This document shows positions 53,963-64,000 of a stretch of DNA of 64,000 nucleotides, in pieces (positions within the stretch are counted from its first letter, which is position 1; each line of letters starts with the position of its first letter). The translations under genes were made by a program, and so were the position numbers. This stretch comes from Proteromonas lacertae. Its lineage: Eukaryota. Location of the stretch: NCBI GenBank assembly GCA_002245135.1, contig NGBS01000294.1:1-64000 (forward strand), given 5' to 3'. A model generated the notes under the pieces. That model was not told where the DNA came from and did not search any database. It saw only the letters and a list, made by a program, of their open reading frames with translations.

Positions 53963-56573
53963 TTATAAGAATGATAATTTCTCAGTACTTCTTTGTCCAG
54001 TTGCAGAAAACAATCTATTGGAACTTCTATTATATTCATGAACTAATAAATCAGAAGGAGGCATTTTATCTTCTTTGTATAATGGTTTAATCCCTTCTAA
54101 TCTTTCTCTTTTAATCTCTTGATACTCAGGAATATCTTCAAATAACTTTGACAAATCTTCATCTTCTTTCTTCATCACCATAGCTGAAGTAGATGGTCTA
54201 AAATTGATTGGAGGAAGCGGAACTGTTCTTGTATAAGCAGATGTTGGCTTTGAGAAATGTTCTAGAATATTCTCATCTTCTTCAATTGTTTCTATGGATG
54301 TAAATGGAACAAATCTTTTCCCATCATATTCTCCTTTTGGTGGAACTCCCATATAAACATCTATTTTAATAATAATAATAATAATATATAAATTATACCT
54401 GGTGGTAATTTCACTACTGGTTTTATTTCTATTGGGATTTCATGATCTAAATTATAATCTGATAAATCTGCTTTTATATTATCATGTTTCTCCAACATTT
54501 TCGTTAATTCCAATTCTCTTTGTTTATACTCTTCTGCTCTCCATGACAAGTTACTTTCAGCTGATTTATCTCTCTTTCTTGTGCTTAAAACACCATGAAA
54601 CATTGAACATTTATAACTAAATAATAATATAAATTATATTATATAAATTATACGTTCCAAATGGATGTGGATCTGATAATCTATCAAAAGTGTTTGATGC
54701 TTTTTTCTTTTCTTTTAATCTTTGATTATCAAACTTTTCTCTTACATCTAAACGTTTTAATACATCATTGATTGGAGTTGGATCATCCATCTAAATATAA
54801 TATAATAAATAAATAAGAAATATACAATTGTTTCATCAACACTAAACTGAAATATAGTTGGTTCTCTATGTAATGCCTTTCTCACCCACTTCTCAGCCAT
54901 TTTCTTCAAATTAGCTTGAAACAACAAGCTTTTTGCTTCATCGTTTTTCTTCCACCAACGTAAAGATGTATTAATATGTACTAACCATTTACAACCATAA
55001 TTAGGACCCATTAATAAATCTTTATCTAAATAAGGAGGTGATCCTAAAACAGAATAACCGAGAGTTCCTTGTAATTTTGAATCAAAATGCCATAATCGTG
55101 AAGTACCATCTAATGAACTTGACATAATACAATTTGCACATTCAATCTATTGAAAAATAATAACAGTGAAAAAATATACCCAAGTTAAGTTTGTAATAGT
55201 GGTAACATGTGCTTTCCATGTATAAGTTGGCATTAGATTAATCGTTCCTCCATTTGGTCCACATTTACTATAACTAGATTCATCTGCATTTCTAAAATCT
55301 TGAAAATCGATTTCCACTTTCTCTCTTCTTCCTCTATCTCCTACTTCATTTGTTTTACGAGGAGGCATATAAGGAATACCAAATGACTTGAAGAATGATG
55401 ATGTTAAATTCCATGCTTTTATATATCCCTGTTCATCTCCAGTATATAACATGATTGTGGGTGGTTTAATATAGTCTGAATGAACAATGTGTATTGTAGC
55501 TGCGGTTATGGAACATTTCATATCGTGATCTAATTCATCTTTAACTACATTGGGGAAGGAGAATAAATGTCTATAAAATAATAATATTAATAACAAACAA
55601 TAATATATATATATATATATACTTTGAATTATCACTATAAGGCGGAGTTTGATATAAATCAACATCTCCATAAGTATTAGCAACCATTACAACAGGATAT
55701 GGATCTAAAATACATAAACAAGTACAATCTATTGAATTAAACTCATCCATCAATTTAAAGTCCATATTTCGATGATCTTTCTTATATTTATCTTTTGGAT
55801 CTTTATAAGGTGGTTTGACTAGTCTATAAATGATTTTAAATGTTTCATAATTAATAACATATATTCTATCACTATTATTCAATCTATAAGAAACAATTAA
55901 AATATTAAAGTTCTTTGAAAAATCCATAAAATTTATAGACAATGAATAAGCAGATGAGTTATAATTAACTACCAATTCTCTCAATATTGATGATTGAAAT
56001 GGTAATCGACTATAACCATCCGTTGTATCATCATATATTCTCAAACTACCATCCCAACTTGAACATATTACAGCCATATTCTCTACACAATATTTCAATG
56101 AAGAGATATGAGAAGTTGCTGGATCAAACTCTTTACAATAATTACCATTTGAAATAGTGTAAACTCTTACTAATCCATTAGTAAAACCAATATAACATCT
56201 CTTGTGGATTGGATCAATATCCATTGCAGTGATTTCAGCTTCAACATGTGTTGGTGGATTGGTTTGTAAATATAAATCTTTCTTTGTGGAATATCTACAT
56301 TTTATTTTACCATTTCTACCATAGTAGAGAGTTAAGAAATCATTGGAAGCAACAATGAAGTTTAATGCAGCACCATCGAAACAGGCAGCTACCACTTGTG
56401 AACATGGTAATGGAATATCTCTTAAAGCATAAGATGAAAATTGAGTTCCATAAGTTACTATATTCATAATAATAATAATTATAAATATATATATACAGAC
56501 ATAACCTTTATCTTCATCCACTAAAGATCCACAACATATAAATGCAGTATGTGGAGAAGATATATGAAATTCC

Positions 56574-56605
<32 letters not shown>

Positions 56606-58325
56606 CTTGAATGAATGTATGTGTAACTGCTTCATATACTCTATAAATACCACACTCATCTCCAGTAACATACTGACTATGAACTCCTCTCTCAATAACA
56701 CCACATCCTATTAATGGAACAGCTTGACCTGTTAATACAGCTTTCCTCTAATAATATATATAAATGAAATTATACTTTATGACTGTTGAAATCCCACACA
56801 CTACAATATAATGTTGTACTATCACTTTGTTTACCATAACCACAGCTAATAATCTCATTGGTTGTATAACAATAAGCGATTTGTCTAACACCATCTTCAT
56901 GTGCATCAAATATTTTATTCTCTCCATTTGGATATTTACAGATTGAATTTGTTACAGTATCCCAAATACAAATATAACCATCCATACTTGCAGATAGTAA
57001 ATAATCTTGAAGTTCAGCTAATAATATAATATAATATATATATATATACCTCTTACAATCAATAATCCTGTACTACAAGCTGTATGCCAAGTCAATGTCT
57101 TTGTTGTTAAACTCTCCAAGTTCCATACATAAATACTATTCACTGTACTTCCTCTAATACCATTAGCACAATATAACTGCTGATTTGTAGTACACCAAGC
57201 CATGAAATGAACAGGAACAACACTGTCAAACCTTTGTAATAAGAAATATCGATCTAATGACCAGATGGAGATGTAACAATTTCCACTGGATAATTCTATC
57301 GATGAAGTACATAATGTTTGATGATCTTCTATTAAACAACAAGATAATACCTATTAAATAATAATAATTATTATTATTATTATATATACAGTATGCTGTT
57401 TTCCTATAGTTTGATGTCTTACTTTACTCTTTAAATATACAGATCCTTTATGATTATAATCCAATGATGGATTTGAATATATTTGCAATTCCCATGTATT
57501 ATGAGGTACACAAGCTACATAATTACAAGGACTACCAAGATAATAAGCCTATAAATAACATAATAATAATAATAATAATACTCTGTCAATAACTTGGTGA
57601 TATTTCATAGTAGATTCACCCATATGAAAGAATCTACTATTATATAATACACTACTATCAAATTCTTCATTTCTATTGGCTGCTTGATCTATTATATAAC
57701 TGGTCAATTCATGCCAATCCATTGTTCCATTACCATTTAAATCAATTTGTCTGAAAAGATCTACGATTTGATTTACAAATATCCACTATTATTATTATTA
57801 TTATTATATTATGTTTATATATACTCTACAACCAGCTGGAATGTGTCTTTTGAAACAATCTAACATAATCATAACAAATTCTAACTCATCTATTCCATCA
57901 GCTCCACTCTTCTGCTTGAATTCATCTTGTAATTGCTTTAAATTATGAGCTGTTAGTAATGTCGTTACATCAAATTCATTATTTACTATTATATATAATT
58001 AAAAGAAATTATGAATACAATTCATTGTGGAATTATCTAACTTTGGTTCAACTGATTCATGCTTTGCAATCATTGACATTCTAGATGTCCTTCTGGATAT
58101 TTTTGATATTCTTGAAATTCTTGACTGTCTTCTTGACATTGAAGGAGATGATAATCCATCTGAAGCAGATGCAGATGATACTCTTTTTACTTCTTCTACT
58201 GGAGTGGATGGCTCTACTGTAGGGTAATCATCGGGAATATCATCCAAATTCGGTTTAGTAAAGTATTGTAATAGTATTGAATCATTCTGTATTTTTAATT
58301 CTATCTCATCTTTTCTACTATACAT
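53963..58325 (-). CDS. EF-hand plus WD40 repeat protein (WDR49/EFCAB8/CFAP337-like; many exons)
   Basis: EF hand IDLNGNGTMDWHELTSYI. WD repeats SASMDGYICIWD, SSWDGSLRIYD, TGDEQGYIKAWN, WKAH...SSSLDGTSRLW. Confidence 0.75.
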
Positions 58326-58669
58326 TTGAGATTGTGTAAGTTTTGGTTTTCGTGGAGGTAAGCCTATTGATTCGAATATTATATAGTATACTTCTTGACA
58401 ATATATATGAAGATGATTTACTGAATCTACTCTTTCTCATTTATGAATAAATTGATTTTAAAAATAAAACGATTGTTTGATTTATCTCAAGCTTTTTGAT
58501 TTTTTCAATTTCTTTATATATTACCTCACACGAAGCTATTAATTCATAAATAAAAAAATAATGACTGTTATTTCGTTTAACAATATCTAAACTATCAAAA
58601 TCTTATTCTAAATTTTACTAGTATAGGGCTTAATAATACAAACATTTGTCAAGTCTAACGTTCACAAAA

Positions 58670-61600
58670 ATGTTTGTTTTCTTTTTATTTGTATGTGGAA
58701 TCCTAACAGAAACTACAAATAAAAAATTCTGTCCAAACAACTGCAGCCATCATGGTACTTGTAATTCAAATGGTGTATGTGAATGTTATAGAAGTGGTAC
58801 AAGTGATGATTCTTATCCAATGTATGGTGGAGCTGATTGTTCAATAAGTAAAATATTATTATTTTAATTTTTATTTAGAATTATGTCCAAGTGGTAGAGT
58901 ATTGTTTGCATCTTTAACAACTACTTCTATACAGAATACTGTAGGGAATGCAAATTCTGGTAGTCCATATCCAACTGGAACTGGTGCTGGGGAAGATTAT
59001 CTCAGAAGACTATCTCCTAAAACTGATGGATATGCTCCACATCAGACTCAAGCATGCGCATTTGATTTAGCATCATCTGGATGGATTATAGAACCATATA
59101 CTCCAGATACTCTAAGATTAGGTGAAATTGGTGGTGTAGTAGATTGCAAAAGAGTTACATATCATTTAGTAGATAATAAAGATCCTGGTGGTAAAGACTC
59201 TGAAAAAAATACAACAGAGATGCTTTATAACTTAAACTATTATATTGAACAAGATAGATATTTAATCATAGAATATGAAAATGGAACTGCGCCAATGTTA
59301 CTACATGGACAATATTTAGAATGTACAAAAGTCTCAAAAACCTTTAATGATTTTGCTAAAAGAATTACAGTAGTATTTGATGATGAAACAGGAAAAGCTG
59401 TTTTGAAAGAGAAATACCATCATTTATTATCATATCAAAAGTTCATTGATACTCAGTATTCCTTTGGCTGTATAATGGATGATACAAAAGAAGTGAAAGT
59501 ATTATCAGCTACAAGTAAAGGATTTAATACAGAATGTTATGAAGGAAATAGATGTATAAAGAATTGTGAAGCAAATCAAATAGCAATATGTAATAACAAT
59601 AAAACTTGTGAATGCGTTTCTAATTTCTGTGTAGATAAAGATGGATATAGTTGTAGTAAAACCTGTCCAAGTGGACAAAGTGCAATATGTTTAGGAAATG
59701 AATGTGTATGTAGAGATAATTATAGAACTTGTTATAATGGTGATAATTGTAATGATATGGATTGTGGTAATAAATATGCTCCTTTTTGTAAATTTGGTAT
59801 ATGTCAATGTATTGTTAAGAAATGTACAAGTGAAGAATTTGATTTACAAAGTTGTTTAGCTTATTGTGAGAATGGTAAACCTGGTGTATGTCATAATCAA
59901 GAATGTATGTGTGAAGAGAATAGATGTGTTGCTGGGACCTTATTTGATGATAGTCATGTTAATGAGATAAATGGTAATGTAACATGTGGTGAAAGTGAAG
60001 ATAAAGTATGTGTATCTGGTAGATGGCAATGTGTTCAAGATCCTTGTACTAACTCTACTGCAGGATCATTATGTATTGATTTTTGTGGTAATGAGACTAG
60101 TAGAGGTATTTGTACAAATACCACAAATGGAATGAAATGTGAATGTTTTAATATTACTGAAGAAAATGAATATTGTGTAAATGGAGAAGACTGTTTATTT
60201 GGAATTGGAAGTTCAAATGAAACATATCGAGGAATCTGTAAGTTAGGAAAATGTGAGATAGTAGAAAATATCTGTAAGTCCTTGAATGGAAGTAATACTG
60301 ATGGTCGATTATGTATGAATCACTGTTTTAGTGAAAATAATAATACAATGGATGGAATTTGTATGAATGAGACATGTATATGTGTAGATGATCCTCCTTG
60401 TTTAAGTGGTGATTCTTGTAATTGTGATAGTAATGGTTCGAATATGACTGGTATTTGTTTCGAAGGTAAATGTGAATGTTTTGCTGATAATTGTTTTGAT
60501 AAACGAGATGGTGAGATTTGTTTGAATGAATGTTTAAACAACAAAACAGGAATGTGTTTAAATGGTAAATGTTACTGTGACCAAAGTGAATGTGAGATAG
60601 GTAAGCCATGTAATAAAGAATGTGATACTGAAAGTGAAGAAAGTGAATGTGTTGATGGAAAATGTCGATGTATTCAGAAAGTATGTAATAGTAGTGTAAT
60701 AGGTGAATTATGTTTAAGTGATTGTGGTAATTCGAGTAGTCGTGGTATTTGTCGAAATAATACAGAATCAAATACGATATTATGTGAATGTTTTAATATA
60801 TCTGATGACAATTCTGATTGTGTGAATGGTGAAAGTTGTACATTTGGAATTGGATTATCAAACGAAACATATCGTGGAATTTGTAAGAAAGGAGAATGTG
60901 TGATGGTAGAAAATATCTGTAATAAGAATGACAATAATACTTATCATCGAAGTTGTATGAATAACTGTAATGATGGAAGTGGAAATATGGTATATGGTCA
61001 TTGTGATGAAGAAGGTGTTTGTATTTGTGATCTAAAATTGAATGTAAGTTCAAGTGATAATAACAAATGTATGGATGCAACTGATTGTAATATGTGTGAT
61101 AATTCAACTAGTGATAGTTTATGTATTTATAACGAATGTTATTGTGTTCCCAAATACTGTAATAACCATACAATAGGTCAAAGTTGTTTAGGAAACTGTA
61201 GCAACGATCATCCTGGAATTTGTAATGCTAATAATGAATGTGAATGTAAAATAGATCGTTGTAATCCAGGAAATGTTACTAATGATTGTAATAGTCATGT
61301 TTGTAAATCTGATACCGAAATTGTGAAATGTATAATTGATGAATGTCGATGTATTCAAAAAGTATGTACAAATGATAAAATAGGTGAATTATGTTTATCA
61401 AAATGTGGTGATGAAAATAGTCGTGGAATTTGTTCTAATAATACAAATGGTAAAATCGAATGTAAATGTTATAATAAAAGTGAAGAAAATGAATATTGTG
61501 TAAATGGAGAAGATTGTTTATTTGGAATTGGAAGTTCAAATGAAACATATCGAGGAATCTGTAAGTTAGGAAAATGTGAGATAGTAGAAAATATCTGTAA

Positions 61601-64000
61601 GTCCTTGAATGGAAGTAATACTGATGGTCGATTATGTATGAATCACTGTTTTAGTGAAAATAATAATACAATGGATGGAATTTGTATGAATGAGACATGT
61701 ATATGTGTAGATGATCCTCCTTGTTTAAGTGGTGATTCTTGTAATTGTGATAGTAATGGTTCGAATATGACTGGTATTTGTTTTGAAGGTAAATGTGGAT
61801 GTTTTGCTGATAATTGTTTTGATAAACGAGATGGTGAGATTTGTTTGAATGAATGTTTAAACAACAAAACAGGAATGTGTTTAAATGGTAAATGTTACTG
61901 TGACCAAAGTGAATGTGAGATAGGTAAGTCATGTAATAAAGAATGTGATACTGAAAGTGAAGAGAGTGAATGTGTTGATGGAAAATGTCGATGTATTCAG
62001 AAAGTATGTAATAGTAGTGTAATAGGTGAATTATGTTTAAGTGATTGTGGTAATTCGAGTAGTCGTGGTATTTGTACAAATACAACAGACAATAAAATTA
62101 GTTGTCAATGTTATGAAATTGATAATGTAATAAATGAACATTGTGTGAATGGTGAAAGTTGTACATTTGGAATTGGATTATCAAACGAAACATATCGTGG
62201 AATTTGTAAGAAAGGAGAATGTGTGATAGTAGAAAATATCTGTAATAAGAATGACAATAATACTTATCATCGAAGTTGTATGAATAACTGTAATGATGGA
62301 AGTGGAAATATGGTATATGGTCATTGTGATGAAGAAGGTGTTTGTATTTGTGATCTAAAATTGAATGTAAGTTCAAGTGATAATAACAAATGTATGAGTG
62401 CAAATGATTGTAATATGTGTGATAATTCAACTAGTGATAGTTTATGTATTTATAACGAATGTTATTGTGTTCCCAAATACTGTAATAACCATACAATAGG
62501 TCAAAGTTGTTTAGGAAACTGTAGCAACGATCATCCTGGAATTTGTAATGCTAATAATGAATGTGAATGTAAAATAGATCGTTGTAATCCAGGAAATGTT
62601 ACTAATGATTGTAATAGTCATGTTTGTAAATCTGATACCGAAATTGTGAAATGTATAATTGATGAATGTCGATGTATTCAAAAAGTATGTACAAATGATA
62701 AAATAGGTGAATTATGTTTATCAAAATGTGGTGATGAAAATAGTCGTGGAATTTGTTCTAATAATACAAATGGTAAAATCGAATGTAGATGTTATAATAA
62801 AAGTGAAGAAAATGAATATTGTGTAAATGGAGAAGATTGTTTATTTGGAATTGGAAGTTCAAATGAAACATATCGAGGAATCTGTAAGTTAGGAAAATGT
62901 GAGATAGTAGAAAATATCTGTAAGTCCTTGAATGGAAGTAATACTGATGGTCGATTATGTATGAATCACTGTTTTAGTGAAAATAATAATACAATGGATG
63001 GAATTTGTATGAATGAGACATGTATATGTGTAGATGATCCTCCTTGTTTAAGTGGTGATTCTTGTAATTGTGATAGTAATGGTTCGAATATGACTGGTAT
63101 TTGTTTTGAAGGTAAATGTGAATGTTTTGCTGATAATTGTTTTGATAAACGAGATGGTGAGATTTGTTTGAATGAATGTTTAAACAACAAAACAGGAATG
63201 TGTTTAAATGGTAAATGTTACTGTGACCAAAGTGAATGTGAGATAGGTAAGCCATGTAATAAAGAATGTGATACTGAAAGTGAAGAGAGTGAATGTGTTG
63301 ATGGAAAATGTCGATGTATTCAGAAAGTATGTAATAGTAGTGTAATAGGTGAATTATGTTTAAGTGATTGTGGTAATTCGAGTAGTCGTGGTATTTGTAC
63401 AAATACAACAGACAATAAAATTAGTTGTCAATGTTATGAAATTGATAATGTAATAAATGAACATTGTGTGAATGGTGAAAGTTGTACATTTGGAATTGGA
63501 TTATCAAACGAAACATATCGTGGAATTTGTAAGAAAGGAGAATGTGTGATAGTAGAAAATATCTGTAATAAGAATGACAATAATACTTATCATCGAAGTT
63601 GTATGAATAACTGTAATGATGGAAGTGGAAATATGGTATATGGTCATTGTGATGAAGAAGGTGTTTGTATTTGTGATCTAAAATTGAATGTAAGTTCAAG
63701 TGATAATAACAAATGTATGAGTGCAAATGATTGTAATATGTGTGATAATTCAACTAGTGATAGTTTATGTATTTATAACGAATGTTATTGTGTTCCCAAA
63801 TACTGTAATAACCATACAATAGGTCAAAGTTGTTTAGGAAACTGTAGCAACGATCATCCTGGAATTTGTAATGCTAATAATGAATGTGAATGTAAAATAG
63901 ATCGTTGTAATCCAGGAAATGTTACTAATGATTGTAATAGTCATGTTTGTAAATCTGATACCGAAATTGTGAAATGTATAATTGATGAATGTCGATGTAT
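58670..64000 (+). CDS. Secreted or surface Cys-rich EGF/tenascin-like protein with long tandem repeats, 3'-truncated
   Basis: Signal-like MFVFFLFVCG, CPNNCSHHGTC...GADCS, intron 58848..58878 (31 nt), then a Cys-rich frame apparently open to the window end. It is missed by the ORF track because it has no stop. Confidence 0.88.
60159..64000 (+). repeat. Coding tandem repeat, 1,323-bp (441-codon) unit, about 2.9 copies visible
   Basis: GAAGAAAATGAATATTGTGTAAATGG recurs at 60159, 61482 and 62805. Confidence 0.95.

Noticed and set aside
60320..63753. Repeated His/Tyr-rich and 74-aa ORFs on the minus strand
   Set aside because: They are antisense shadows of the Cys-rich repeat gene on the plus strand.
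1..64000. Alternative genetic code or widespread pseudogenisation as the cause of fragmented ORFs
   Set aside because: Short GT-AG introns restore the frames at the junctions I checked, and multi-kilobase exons are stop-free in the standard code.
1..64000. Prokaryotic features such as CRISPR arrays, operons, IS elements or bacterial contamination
   Set aside because: No spaced repeats or transposases were seen. The bacterial-like domains sit in intron-containing genes or among eukaryotic neighbours.

Overview
This is very AT-rich eukaryotic DNA with densely packed genes, short GT-AG introns (mostly about 26-55 nt), the standard genetic code and genomically encoded stop codons. Intron size and gene content suggest a protist, possibly a Blastocystis/Opalinata-type gut stramenopile (inference only). 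After splicing the ORF fragments by eye I find 15 protein genes in this order: PI3-kinase C-terminus (two apparent +1 frameshifts), EHD/dynamin-like GTPase, M1AP-like protein, giant HECT E3 ligase, intronless YeaE-like aldo/keto reductase, Tubby protein, NIPA-type transporter, type I highly reducing PKS (KS-AT-DH-ER-KR-5xACP-crotonase-like), SHIPPO-repeat protein, degenerate kinesin, Cid1-type terminal nucleotidyltransferase, a receptor of about 3,900 aa, a PP2C-2xcNMP-pseudokinase, CK2-beta, and an EF-hand/WD40 protein. A sixteenth gene, a Cys-rich surface protein with 1,323-bp tandem repeats, runs off the window end. The most striking element is the receptor: nine tandem bacterial UrtA/AmiC-like periplasmic-binding domains fused to a class C (GABA-B-like) GPCR 7TM domain. 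All family assignments are from motif recognition, not database searches.
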